The notes: generated from the letters alone by a model not told the origin. A stretch of 63,167 nucleotides of DNA, filler included, from Octopus bimaculoides (GCF_001194135.2; 4 parts of 4 records of this genome joined end to end with filler, not necessarily neighbours in it), one strand, 5' to 3'; counted from the first letter of the whole stretch, positions 1 to 13,673 are shown. Numbers and translations: made by a program.

Positions 1-100
1 TAGGTTTATCCGTGGAGAGAAAAGCCTACGGAAAAGACCACGGTCACCTCAGGCTTTTTTTTTTTTAAAGGTACATGAAAGTAAGTACCTTCTCTCTTTT

Positions 101-167
<67 letters not shown>
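101..167. repeat. (GATA)n microsatellite
   Basis: Perfect GATA run read directly. Confidence 0.97.
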
Positions 168-384
168 GTCCATGTAACTCATCCCACAGCAAAACGATTG
201 AATACCATCGTGTCTGAAACTGACAAATGATAAAGGTTTTTTGAAGAAATGTTTAAAGACGAAATAATTCTGTATAAAATGTCTGATCCAGGTGATAAAA
301 TACCTGACTTAATAATAAATCAAAGTCATTTGGGAAATTGAAAGTTTAATGATAGCAGCGTGTGCTCACTTATGACATAATATA

Positions 385-458
385 TATGTGTGTGTGTGTG
401 TGTGTGTGTCTGTGTGTGTGTGTGTGTGTATGTGTGTGTGCGTGTGTATGCATGTATG

Positions 459-506
<48 letters not shown>

Positions 507-600
507 TATACCCGTATTAGTATATACATATATAAACATAAATACATAGAAACACACACACACACACACACATACACAGATACGCACGCACACACACGCA
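385..600. repeat. Compound (TG)n/(TA)n/(CA)n microsatellite
   Basis: Read directly; source of the poly-VC/YI/HT ORFs. Confidence 0.95.
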
Positions 601-744
601 GTCATATACGATTATATGAAGGAATGTGCGAGTGTATGTGTATGTGGGTGTGTGTGCGTTTGCGTATTTGTGTGTGGGTCAGTGTCTAAAATCAATGTGC
701 GTATATATTTATACAGGATTTATAGTTTACTGAGTATGAATGTA

Positions 745-922
745 GGCCCGGAATTTGGTGGGAAGGGGCCAGTCGATTAGATTAACCCCAGTACGCAACT
801 GCTTCTTAACTTATCGACCACGAAATGATGAAAGACAAAGTCGACCTCGGCGGAATTTGAACTCAGAACATAAAGACAGACAAAATACCGCTAAGCATTT
901 CGCCCAGCGTGCTAACGATTCT
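745..922 (-). mobile_element. SINE family A (tRNA-derived), 5'-truncated, usual tail
   Basis: Reverse complement has AGAATCGTTAGCAC...TGAGTTCAAATTCCGCCGAGGTCGAC (B-box-like). About 20 similar copies in the window. Confidence 0.9.
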
Positions 923-1061
923 TATTTCTTTATTGCCCACAAGGGGCTAAGCATAGAGGGGACAAACAAGGACAGACAAAGGGGTTAAGTCGACTCCAGT
1001 GCGTAGAATACCGCTAAGCATTTCGCCCTCCGTGCTAACGTTTCTGCCATCTCGCCGCCTT
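923..1061 (-). mobile_element. SINE family A, internally deleted, with alternative Tx1-like 3' tail
   Basis: Head GGCGGCGAGATGGCAGAAACGTTAGC joined to tail TTTGTCTGTCCTTGTTTGTCCCCTCT...CCCTTGTGGGCAATAAAGAAAT. Confidence 0.85.
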
Positions 1062-3324
1062 AGTATGAATGTATATCGCGATGTTCAGGCGAGAACTTCA
1101 ACAGCTGGGCGTCGTGATGTAATATTATTCGTTGCTTCGGTTGTGTTTCCTCTGCTGCCTCCTCTTCATTGGTTATTGCGTGTGTTCCTGCATTGAGTTT
1201 CGCTGCATTTGTTGGTGAGGAAAGTTTGTTTTATCGTTTCATATTTTTTCCTTATTTGTTTTATGTTTACTGAATTTATATCGTATTTATATACAAGCCA
1301 TTAAAATATAACAATCAAAATTGAAATAGAATACAAAGATAGTAAACAATAGAACAAATAATAACTAATGAAGAGGCAGAAAATTCCAGAGAGATAAAAT
1401 GTGATAGTTTGAGAATGGGAGCAAAATGAAATAATACAAGAGGTAAATAAAGACTAAGACAAGATAGGAATATAGAGAAAATGAATGAAATGTTTGTGGT
1501 ATGATTGAATAAATGAATGGATAAACGAATACCCTAAGTCATTAATTAATTAATTAATTAATTAATTTGATAGAACTATAATAAATGAGAGTTAATTAAA
1601 GACCAGTTTATAGCATTCCGATGGTCTATGCCAACAAGAATCAGATTAAAATGAAACGATATTAATTCGGACAACGACGCTAGTTCTGTCCGAAACATTA
1701 GTCTCTATTTCATGTCGCAGCAGTAATAACAATGACTATATCTGTACGCTGAAGAGCTAACAAGAGTTACACTCTACTAAGACCTTTCGCTAACCACGGC
1801 TATAAGAATATCGATACCATTGCGTGAGTGATCCTTGACGTGGTCTTTCCATGTGACGGAAATATCAGCTAAATTGTTCTCAAATCACAGCCTACCACCT
1901 TAAAAATGGATAGATACAATGGAAAAATGAGGCCATTGTCACAATATCTTCTTATGGTAGGTCTGTCGTGTGTGGGCTGACCTAAAGCTAAACATAAAGA
2001 AAAAATTGTTAAGATATGAAGAAATTTTCTTAATATGAAACCAATGATAACTTTAATACACAAATAAAGAAACTTTATCGACCAATGCGGTGTTGAGCAC
2101 TCAATCTCATTGTTCGACATTTAAGTGTATGTATATATATATATATAACTGAGGTTAAACCTGTCTCATTTCAGAAGATAGTGAATATATTTGAAATACA
2201 TGTTAGGAAGACTGAGTATTACAATCTAAAGGTTTAGCAATGGAAAAGTAAAAAAAAAAAAACACGTTTATTTGTAGAGAGTCTGGGAGAAAAATTGTAA
2301 AAGAACATTTTGAATATGAAAAAATAAATACAGTAGGGATTTATTGCTATAAAAATCTATCTGAATATCATATATGCCGATATATACCGAACATCTTATA
2401 AACGATGAGTATATATATATATATAAATGTATATATATATACATANNNNNNNNNNNNNNNNNNNNNNNNNNNNNNNNNNNNNNNNNNNNNNNNNNNNNNN
2501 NNNNNNNNNNNNNNNNNNNNNNNNNNNNNNNNNNNNNNNNNNNNNNNNNNNNNNNNNNNNNNNNNNNNNNNNNNNNNNNNNNNNNNNNNNNNNNNNNNNN
2601 NNNNNNNNNNNNNNNNNNNNNNNNNNNNNNNNNNNNNNNNNNNNNNNNNNNNNNNNNNNNNNNNNNNNNNNNNNNNNNNNNNNNNNNNNNNNNNNNNNNN
2701 NNNNNCAGAGATATATGAATATATATATATATATATGAAACAGTATGCGGGCATATATATACAGAGATATATGAATATATATATATATATATATGAATAT
2801 ATGTGTGTTTTTGTGTGCATGTATGTGTGTATGCGTATGTGTTGGCGTATGTAAGAGACTCTGAAAGAAAGCGATGTTAAAAATGATAGACTAGCCTTGG
2901 CAGAGGTGTAAAAGAGCCATTTAAAAAAGTAACTGAACGGGAAAACTGAAGTAGTAAAATATATTTAAGTTTAGTTTATCTATGTATAAAGAAAATTACT
3001 AAGGGAATAACATTATTGCACAGACAACTAAGAAGCCAAAAGTTATGTGAATTCTACAAAATATGAGGTCGAAGCCATGCGCCTGCGCATTCGTCCATAC
3101 TCAAACACGTCTATAGACATTGAATTCCCAAACTGGCGCAGAAACAGAGTTCAGATGTTAGCGGTATCAATTTTCTTCTGTGATATAAATCTAAGTTCGG
3201 CGAGATCTGCTGTCGCTAGGTTGCTATTTCAAGACGGAAATCATGCTTCTTCGATTGTGCACACGTGGTGCAAAATAAATGAAGACTTGCACAGAAAGTA
3301 AACAATTACAACATATATGAATAT

Positions 3325-3450
3325 ATGTGGTTAGAATTTTGCTTCCCAACCGTATAGTTCCAGGTTCAAACTCACTGCTTTCAGCTCGAGCGAGTGTCTT
3401 TTACTAAAGCCTCGGGCCGACTAAAGTCATGTGCATGCCTGAGTTGGTAT
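3325..3450 (+). mobile_element. SINE family B head, degenerate
   Basis: Matches the family B head and AGCCTCGGGCCGAC segment of the 55509 copy; followed by TG repeats. Confidence 0.7.
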
Positions 3451-3844
3451 GTGTGCGTTTGTCTGTTTGTGTTTGTGTGTGTGTTTGTGTGTTTGTGTGT
3501 GGGGGGTGGATGTGGGTAGGTGTACGTGTGTGTGTGTGTGTATGAGTGTGCTTGTGTGTGTATCACAAAATAAATTTACTCTAGTCATTAATACATCATT
3601 TTTATCAGTATTACTTTATTTTGGGTATATTATCTGGTGTTGCGCCAAATCCGACGCTGAACTGCCATCATTTTGGCTACCAAATATTAACAGATGCTAA
3701 ATTAACACCAAAATACAGACGAATTGTTTATCTAGGCTTTCTAATTAATATAGCCAAGTGATTATATTCATTCACATTAACTTGATAAATTGTATTTTGC
3801 TTAATTATGAGTGCTACGGTTGTCTGAAATTATATGGTACCCAG

Positions 3845-3950
3845 GAGCCAATCGTGTGGCCTTCTATTTATGATAGAGTAGGGTGTCATTTGAAGGATAT
3901 TCGACTACTATCTTTCAGCAAGTCGAGTGACCACCAAAAGGCTCCCTCAT
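3845..3950 (+). repeat. Interspersed repeat family D fragment (unclassified)
   Basis: GTAGGGTGTCATTTGAAGGA...AGCAAGTCGAG motif recurs at 1866(-), 18820, 32575, 47650(-) and 56700. Confidence 0.6.
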
Positions 3951-4874
3951 TGACTTCGATATTATTTACATTATTTACATTTGATGGATATTTGTCCTCA
4001 TCTTGTTTGTTGTTAGCACAACGTTTCGGCTAATATACCCTCCCTTGTAAGATAGAAATTTAAATGTAATAAAATGTTGTAAAAAAAAAGTTTTAAGTGT
4101 TTACGTGATAACTGTAAACCTACATTTGGGTCGCCCTCTACATAGAGGGGCACGAAAATGTTTGAAGTGCTTAGGGCCTCTGAGTCTTAATCCTTCCTTG
4201 GTGTAAATCATGGATGCATAACCTGATGCAGGACAGTATGCTCTGCAAAAACCGTGTTTTCCTTGGCACACACTTATCACCAGAACTTCGAGATGCTTTA
4301 GAATTTCGTTTCTTTATATAACAACGGATAGCATTGTAACTATGACACGAATCTGTTAAAGGAGGGGGTAAGAATCTGTAAGTTGTGGTGGACATTGATC
4401 ATGAGGTTGAACTGTAAAGAACTGTACCACATGTCTATATTGGCAGGTATCGATTCATTTCGAATTACAAAGTTGACTACAATGGATGCCAGCCAGGCAG
4501 CATAATTTATCGAGCGACAGCGGAAAGTAAGAAGGGACCGTCAGCGACCTCTGTGGGATTGATTAGAATTTAGAACGTAATGGGAGGTAATGGGACGGAA
4601 CTAAATACTGCAAGCTCTTCAAATCTGTCAGCTACAGTTCATGACACTTCATCAACTTATGTATGTATGTGTCCTTCACTGTATATATGTATATGTATAT
4701 GTATATGTGTATATATGTTTGTATGTGTGCTTATATGCATATGTAAAATATGTGTAGACCTGTATGTATCTATATGTGTATATGGGTGTGTATACATTTC
4801 AGATGCACATACTCATTATATGTATATCTATATATATACACACGTATTTATGTGTGTACGCGTGTGCAAATATG

Positions 4875-4916
<42 letters not shown>

Positions 4917-4922
4917 TGTGTA

Positions 4923-4954
<32 letters not shown>

Positions 4955-6424
4955 CACATATATGTATACACATACATGCATACATTTATATATATNNNNN
5001 NNNNNNNNNNNNNNNNNNNNNNNNNNNNNNNNNNNNNNNNNNNNNNNNNTATATATATATATATATATATTTGTGTGTGTATATGTATGTGTATGCATAA
5101 ACATATGAAAATATGTATATGTTGTATATATAAGTTGATTTAAATATACATATATACAAATATATATGAGCGTATTTGTGAGCATATATATATGTGTGTG
5201 TGTAGGTATATTTATAGATACACACATATATACACAAACACGCACCTATCTACGCGCACCAATTCTGAAGTGCACGTAGCCAGGTGCATTTCCGCAGATA
5301 GTGTAGTCATTTTCTGTCGGTCGTTTATTCTTGGCTCCTAATTTTTAATCAACATTAAACCATCTGGAAAACAAACTGCAAGACATTTCTGGATTGCATA
5401 GATCGCAGAGAAGCAGAACACAATGGACAGGCTCGGACTGAAATAATGGAGGAAGGCAATAATGATGTGATTAAGCTGTTTTATTAAAAGATACTTGATT
5501 GTTGCTAGAAAAGAAAGGTTCGTTAATGGAATAAAGACAGGCTGAGCGTGGGTATGTGTGCGTGTGTGACTGTGTGTGACTGTGTGTGTACGTGCATGTG
5601 TGTGTGTGTGTGCGTGTGTGTTTGTGTGCGTGTGTTTAAATAAGTGTCTATTTATGCATATACGTAAATAATAATTAATATATAATATATATATATATAT
5701 ATGGGTGTGTGTGCGTGTGTATGTATATGTATGTATGTATGTATGTATGTACACGTATATACATACAAACACAACACCCATATATGTGCTCAATATGTGT
5801 TTGTGTGTATATATATATATAGGACATATACGCACATATATATAAACTCACTCAAGATATGTAAGTGTATATGGGTGTGGGTGTATATATATGGATAATT
5901 GCGTGTATGTATATATATACGCGTGACTGTGTGGTTGTGTGCATATGTATATTTATGAATATATCCATGTGTAGATGCAAATGGCTAAGCATGTGTATAT
6001 GTATATATGAGTATACGCGTGTATGTATAATCATGTCAGTCTGTGACAGAGTGTGTTCGCTTGTGAATGTGTATATGTACGTGCGTGTATGTGTGTATGT
6101 GTGTGCGTGTGTGTACAAATAAGGGAGCGCCACAAGAATATTAAACGCTGTGAAGTATATAGAACGAGAAGGGGAGGCGGAGGGAGCGCGATTATGAAAT
6201 GAACAGAAGTGGACGTATGGCGGTTGCGTCACAAGAACAGGGCTGCAGATACGTATATAACAAAGAACAGCCTGTGTACATACACAGGACCACGCACATA
6301 TATCTGTGTGTGTACGTGCGGTTTCGCTTATGTGTGTGTAGTGTAGTGCATACTGGTTTCACATCATTGCGTCCAGGAATTATGCTAATACAGTACTCAA
6401 TACTGCATGATAGAGTAAAGTAGT

Positions 6425-6562
6425 ATTGGTTTCAAATTTTGTTACAAGACCAGCAAGTTCGAGTGACGGGAATAAATCGTTTCTATCACTCCCCCCAGAG
6501 CGCGACTGGTACTTTTCCTATCGACGCCGAAAGGATGAAAGGCAAAATCGACCTCGGCTGAA
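6425..6562 (-). mobile_element. SINE family A fragment
   Basis: ATCGACGCCGAAAGGATGAAAGGCAAAATCGACCTCGGC core. Confidence 0.85.
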
Positions 6563-6780
6563 TAGAGTGAACTAACATTATTTATTGAATGCTAATGCTC
6601 ATGAAAGCCTGTCATTAGGTGCCTAGACTTCACCAACGAGAAAATCTGCGAAGGACAAGCGCACACCAACTCAGCTTTTGATAAATAACAGCATATGTGT
6701 GTTTGTGTATACTTGACCCCTATTGGACAGCTCTCCCATTCAAAAATAATAATAATGACGATGATGAAGATGATAATAAT

Positions 6781-6965
6781 CCTTTCTTTTATAAGCACAA
6801 CGCGTGAAATCTTGGGTGGAGACTGTTCGGTTACATCGACCCCCAGGGCTCAACTGATGCTCATGTAATCGAACCCGAAATGATGCTGAGCAAAATCGAC
6901 CTCGGCAGAATTTGAACTCGCAATACGAACACGGACGAAATGCCACTATGCTAACGATTCTGCCT
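6781..6965 (-). mobile_element. SINE family A, flanked by TAA/TGA repeats
   Basis: CGACCTCGGCAGAATTTGAACTC...GCTAACGATTCTGCC. Confidence 0.85.
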
Positions 6966-7003
<38 letters not shown>

Positions 7004-7018
7004 GATAATGATAATTTC

Positions 7019-7482
7019 AAGAAGAAGAAGAAGAAGAAGAAGAAGAAGAAGAAGAAGAAGAAGAAGAAGAAGAAGAAGAAGAAGAAGAAGAANNNNNNNN
7101 NNNNNNNNNNNNNNNNNNNNNNNNNNNNNNNNNNNNNNNNNNNNNNNNNNNNNNNNNNNNNNNNNNNNNNNNNNNNNNNNNNNNNNNNNNNNNNNNNNNN
7201 NNNNNNNNNNNNNNNNNNNNNNNNNNNNNNNNNNNNNNNNNNNNNNNNNNNNNNNNNNNNNNNNNNNNNNNNNNNNNNNNNNNNNNNNNNNNNNNNNNNN
7301 NNNNNNNNNNNNNNNNNNNNNNNNNNNNNNNNNNNNNNNNNNNNNNNNNNNNNNNNNNNNNNNNNNNNNNNNNNNNNNNNNNNNNNNNNNNNNNNNNNNN
7401 NNNNNNNNNNNNNNNNNNNNNNNNNNNNNNNNNNNNNNNNNNNNNNNNNNNNNNNNNNNNNNNNNNNNNNNNAGAAGAAGAA

Positions 7483-7517
<35 letters not shown>

Positions 7518-7580
7518 AGAAGAAGAAGAAGAAGAAGAAGAAGAAGAAGAAGAAGAAGAAGAAAAAAAAAGAAGAAGAAA
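7019..7580. repeat. (GAA)n microsatellite spanning an assembly gap
   Basis: GAA runs either side of N 7093-7472. Confidence 0.95.
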
Positions 7581-7631
7581 ATTTAGATACTAATTTATTA
7601 TGGCCAAAAGAGATAAGAAAATGGATACATG

Positions 7632-7666
<35 letters not shown>

Positions 7667-9099
7667 AAGATGTATATATTCTTCACATCATAAATATCTA
7701 GAAACTTCAAAACATATAAAATAGATAGTTTTTGACGTGGAACTGTGGACCTCGAAGTAGATAAATCTATAAATCATGAGATACATCTTAAAACATTATT
7801 TTATATGCTCTTATTAATAGCTTTATCTCCTTCAAGTTGCACCGTTAAAAACGATTTATCTCTTATATATGTTTGGCGCGTATCGTGAATGTAATATGGA
7901 GTTACGTATATTAGCCTTCGTTGCTATTATTAATAACATAAGAGTCATCAGTTGTTTCAAACGATAATGTATTAATGATAACAAATTCTATTATTATTAC
8001 TTTCGTTATCAACATTATCAACAAATCGTTCATAGTAATTATCTAATAATAAGGTGAATATATTAATCATAACATTAATAATACCAATATTTCAATAATA
8101 TCCTTAGAGCAGGATTAACAAGTTTATATTACGTTTGTTTTTTAGTATTTCTCCAGTTATGCTTTAATGGTATTTTTAGTGATATCATTGGTGAAATTTA
8201 GTCTTTATTGTTATCATCATTAGTTTTATTACTCCTCTTATTGTTATTGCTATAGCTGTTGGTATCCTGAGCAGCAACACCAGTGATAATACAATAGCCA
8301 GAATAACAGCAATAGCCAGAACAGTTCTGAAAATCAGGCCTGTCGTCTGCTACTGTAATGCAAACGTGGATTAATAAAGCTTTGGAGGACAACATGGCCT
8401 CCGACTTGAAGCACCGACACCACTTAGGCAGGTTACACCTGATGGTATTTCCTCAGGAAGAGAAAGAAATATAAAAAGTATGTTGTTATTATATTTTGAG
8501 GAGGATTATTTATTTTTTTGTGAGTGTGTGTGTGCCAAATAAACACACGCGCTGAATATTCGTTCTTCACTTGAGATTTCTTATTGTTCTTATTTTAGTG
8601 TCTTTTGTTTGGAAATTTTTCGTCACACATGTCCATCCCAGGTGTCTCCTTCCGTTCTTTGTAGTTCATTCTAAGGAATCTTGCAAAACGAATACATAAG
8701 CGTAAAAAGAAACATGTTCATCGACAAATGTATGTTTAAGAAGATCAGAAGGGCCGAAAACCGAACACAAACAGAGAAATGCTTAGAGAAGGTGTGTAAA
8801 TGAGTGTGGCATCGGAGAAGAGGAAAATAATTTAAGAAAGATCCCTGAACAAGGGCTGTCTAAGGATATTGAACGAAACACTTAGGTTTCCAAAGGTGAG
8901 TTATTGGAACCCCAAAGAATTCCTCTCAACACATGGCTGTGATGCTCCCCCACTACTTCTGCTCGTGATCAGAGATGCACATATCGTCAGCCACCAAGGG
9001 ACATGCTCAGCTGGTTAAGGTCAAACAACTGACAAGCAAATCTGTGGTATTGAGCAGAATATTTGCTGTAGCCCATCTTTATTCTTATTACGACGGTGA

Positions 9100-9172
9100 T
9101 CGGGCAGAATCGGTAGTTCGCTGGGCAAAATGCTTAGCGGCATTTCTTAATAATAATAATAATAATAATAAT

Positions 9173-9230
<58 letters not shown>

Positions 9231-9340
9231 GTAATAATAAAAATAATAATGACGATGAGGAGGAGTGTCATGATCATGAACATGATGGTGATGATGCCAA
9301 TGATGATTATTATGATGATGATGATGATGATGATGATGAC
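9100..9340 (+). repeat. SINE A head fragment followed by (TAA)n/(GAT)n tract
   Basis: AGAATCGGTAGTTCGCTGGGCAAAATGCTTAGCGG then TAA repeats. Confidence 0.8.
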
Positions 9341-9842
9341 AATGGTGATAATATTTGTTATATACATTATAATTAAGAAGCAACTAAGACCTGTGATGAT
9401 AACACCAACAATAGCGAACATTCAATTTCGTATAAGAGACATTACACACACACACATACACACGTACGCGCGCACACGCACTCACCCGCGCGCGCGTGCA
9501 CACAGATAGTTGTAAGTATATATACATAAGGATGGATGTATTCAATTTCATTTTCTTATTTCGTTTTTATTATCGTGCATGACTATAATAATGATATTTA
9601 ATTTGTAATATTATATTTAATATTTATATTTATTCCTAATGACCAGTTTAATTGCTGGTTGTCACTTGCTAAATAAATTAGACCAAATTATATCAGCGTG
9701 TGTATCTGTGTATATATGTAGATGCAGGAGTGGCTGTGTGGTAAGTAGCCTGCTTACCAAGCCGCCAGGAACAGCTGTTGGACTCGTAAGAAACACTTTG
9801 ACCATAAAGAATTCATATACAGAGATATACAGGGAATATTGT

Positions 9843-10241
9843 GATATATAGCGATGTATGAGGGGTTCTGTCCACATATAATGAAATATAATGATATGTA
9901 CTAACTATAGTTCTCATATAACGCTCTCTATATATAGCCATGTATAGTAATATACAGGGGATTATTTCATATATGGTGATACATAGAAATATATAATAAG
10001 CCAACTCCAAATATAGTAATAGATATGGAATCCAACCCATAATCAGCGATATATAACGATGTTTAAAAGACGCCTAGTCCATATAGCGATATAGGGAGAT
10101 GTAATAAGCCTTATACATATACGGCAATATATAAGTATTTGAATCCATAATCAGCGTCACAGCTACATATAAGGAGTCCACTTCATACATATCGATATAT
10201 TACGAGAATAGTCAACATGTAGCGATATATAATGTGCCCTG

Positions 10242-10299
<58 letters not shown>

Positions 10300-10320
10300 T
10301 ATATAAGAAGGCTAGTCAAT
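9843..10320. repeat. Degenerate ~30-40 bp minisatellite
   Basis: Recurring ATATAGCGATATATAA, CTAGTC(C/A)AT and GAATCC..ATAATCAGCG words. Confidence 0.6.
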
Positions 10321-11242
10321 AGAACGCTCTATTGACCCCAATACTGGACAGTACACTTTTATTGACCCTACGATAATAAAAAAAGGTGGGGCAGAAAGAT
10401 AAAATAATGTACGTGTCAAGTATTTCAATCGATATATCGATAATATCTGCAATATCGATCCAGCCAATAATGTTCGGCCTTGTCAATGTGTTAGCAATCA
10501 ATAACCGACCGACTGTCCTTGATATTATACTAATCTGAAACTTGTAGATAACATTAGCATTTCAGTTTTTATCCAATTAATTTTAAATATGATCACGTAT
10601 TCTTCATTTAATTCTACATTAGGCCTCATCAAATATAATAAATTTAATTTAATTCAGTATTTATTAATTAATTAGAATGTTATATATTCAGCCAAACATT
10701 GCTTCAGACAGACAATTTACTGCATAACATGTTAATATATAATATCTTGTGTTGAAGCGTGTAAGCGTGTATGGCTAACTATGTGAACATTTAATATGCA
10801 GTACTGAAGGTTGAAGAGTTATATATAGCATGTTGTGAGACTATATACCTAGTGATGACGCTAGAGCATGTTTAAAGTAGACTGTATATATATATATATA
10901 TATATATATAATGCGTAGTAATGAAGAGCTGTACACCTGTACACATATACAGATACACGGCTGTGTGTATATATATGTGTGTGTGTGTATATAGATTTTA
11001 ATACGAGAAAATGGATTGAACAGGCTTTATTACGAACCATTACACTTGTTTCAACGCATCATTATCAGCTGTTAATTGCTGAATGTTACTGAATAATACA
11101 TAAATGATGTGTTATATTGTATTAATATGATACAGCAATAGCGGCATGCATGCACACATTCGGGTGGTAAGAATGAAAGCACATTGTGTATGATCTATAG
11201 AGCTGAAGCGTGTAGAATTTTATATAATATATTGTGTGGCTA

Positions 11243-11758
11243 TATTCTATATTGAGGAAAAAGTTCGTGCGCAGTATTAAAATAAAGATTTTTTATGCAA
11301 GAATTTATTCAAAAGCCACAACAACTATTCTTCAGAATAATGACCATCGTTTTCCACAACCTTTGGCCAATGACCTGCGAGCTTTCGGATTTTGTCAAAT
11401 TACCAATCTTTCGGCTTTGAATGGAAAAATTCTTGACAGGCTTCAACTTCATCGAATGACTCAAATCGATGACCTAAAGTGCTGCATTGACCGTAAGAGA
11501 CCGTAGTCGGATGGAGCAACGTCTGGACCATAGGCTGGATGTGGCAGAAATTCCACACCATCTAATTCTTCAATATTGCTGGTATTTCTGACGGTTTGCG
11601 GCTTTGCATTGTCTTGTTGAAGCAAAGCGCATTTTCGACGAACAAGTCTTTTCAATATTGAGTCACCATTGAACATGACATGAACTGAATGAACACACAC
11701 GCCAGAAAAGAAACGCATTATTTTAACACGGCGCACGAACTTTTTCTTTAACCTAATA
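11243..11758 (-). mobile_element. Internally deleted mariner (DD34D) element with both TIRs
   Basis: TIR core GAAAAAGTTCGTGCGC.GT.TTAAAATAA at 11257-11285 and inverted at 11718-11746, right end TATTAGGTT. Transposase motifs QQDNAKPQ and LPHPAYGPDVAPSDYGLLRSMQHF. Confidence 0.92.
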
Positions 11759-11989
11759 AGACCTAGTGCTGAAGCTAGTACATGTATATATAGAATGACG
11801 TATCAATGTATAATATATCACTACGAAAGATAGTGGAGGAATACATAACACGTGAGTAAATATGCAAAGGGGACATAATGCTTGACTGACTTACATCGTC
11901 CCAACTGTACATGTTGAAAGAGGAACTATTTCTCTATATCAATATTTCCACCCGATCTTTTTCGTTACAGACAAACAAGTTTGGCCAAC

Positions 11990-12320
11990 GACAGGGGTTA
12001 GGGTATATCATCGACACCGGTATGTCTCTGGTACTTTATTTTATCGCCCCCCACTAAAATATGAAAGGCGAAGTTGACTCCGGCGCGATTCGAACTCAGA
12101 ACGTAAAAGAACCGGGTGAATATTATGAGGAATTTTTTCCGACACTCAAATGATTCTGCCAGAAGATTTCTGGCATACAAGGCCTTAAATTTTGGGGGAA
12201 AGGAAATAGCTAGGATTAATATTGGCCCCACGAAGTCGAAATCCTGACTAGACTTGAAAGTACAACTCCAGGGGTCACCACGAATTACCACAGAGTATTT
12301 TGTTCGACGCTCCACCGTTT
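11990..12320 (-). mobile_element. Two adjacent degenerate SINE A copies
   Basis: ATGAAAGGCGAAGTTGACTCCGGCGCGATTCGAACTCAGAACGT core; second copy weaker. Confidence 0.75.
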
Positions 12321-12415
12321 TTATCGAACCACTCTGTTAGTGTGTATTTTGTGTGATGTATATATTATGCATGTATGCATGAATTGGATGTATGAATGTT
12401 TGTATGTATGTAAAC

Positions 12416-12473
<58 letters not shown>

Positions 12474-13259
12474 TTATCTATGCAAGTATGTATATGTGTA
12501 TATATGTATGTATGCATGCATGTATGTATGTATGAATGTATGTATGTATACGTATATATATATATANNNNNNNNNNNNNNNNNNNNNNNNNNNNNNNNNN
12601 NNNNNNNNNNNNNNNNNNNNNNNNNNNNNNNNNNNNNNNNNNNNNNNNNNNNNNNNNNNNNNNNNNNNNNNNNNNNNNNNNNNNNNNNNNNNNNNNNNNN
12701 NNNNNNNCATATATAAGTATATATGTATGTACATATGTATGAAGGAATGTATGTAAGTATGTATGTATTTATGTATGGATGTATTATGTATTTATGTATG
12801 TATGTTTGTGTGTGTACATGTATATATGCAACTGCAGATGCACACGTGTCATATATTGTTTAGAGCAAGGGGAATTCTGATCAAGCAGATCTATAATGTA
12901 TGGTAGTCCATCCGTGACCATCCCGACCCATTATTTATTCCTTTCAGTTATAGTATTGGCGATACCATTATGCCACCGACGAATTACTCATGTGGAGAAA
13001 GACTTGAAGAATTGAACGAGCTTCCAATATGTAAATAGGGAAACGAACCTTTTTGTTGGTTCCTGATAATGACCCCATCCATGACAGCCGTGTGGGAGCG
13101 GGGAGGGAGCGGTAGAGTGAGGGAGTGAGGAAAAGGGGCAGAATTAGTTATTCTGTTCATATTGGTCCTTTCATCTCGGCGAGATAAAGTAAAGTGTACA
13201 TAACAGCAGGTAACCTTGGAAACAGGGATACAATTTCCTGCTATTTCTGTTTCCCGTTC

Positions 13260-13410
13260 CATCATCATTATCCTCATCATCATCATCGTCATCATCATCA
13301 TCGTCAACAATGACGACAACAACAACAACAACAACAACAATGCTATCACCATCATCATTATCATCATCTTCATCATTGCCATCATCAACAGCAGCAATGC
13401 TATCATCATG

Positions 13411-13449
<39 letters not shown>

Positions 13450-13611
13450 GATCGCCGTCGTCAACATTACCATCATCATCATCATGAACAGCAACAGCAG
13501 AAGCAGGAGCACTATTGTCGTCGCCGTCGTCATCATGATCATAACTGCATGAAAGTTGTTTCTCGTTTTCATCTAAACCATAAACAACGCTATCAACTTT
13601 TTAGCACTTTT

Positions 13612-13673
<62 letters not shown>

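Noticed and set aside
1-50. Possible pseudoknot (TAGGTTT/AAGCCTA with CCGTGG/CCACGG)
   Set aside because: Truncated by the window edge with short, competing stems; cannot be assigned.
9843-10320. CRISPR-like reading of the repeat-spacer pattern
   Set aside because: Repeats are degenerate, spacing is irregular, context is eukaryotic and no cas genes are present.
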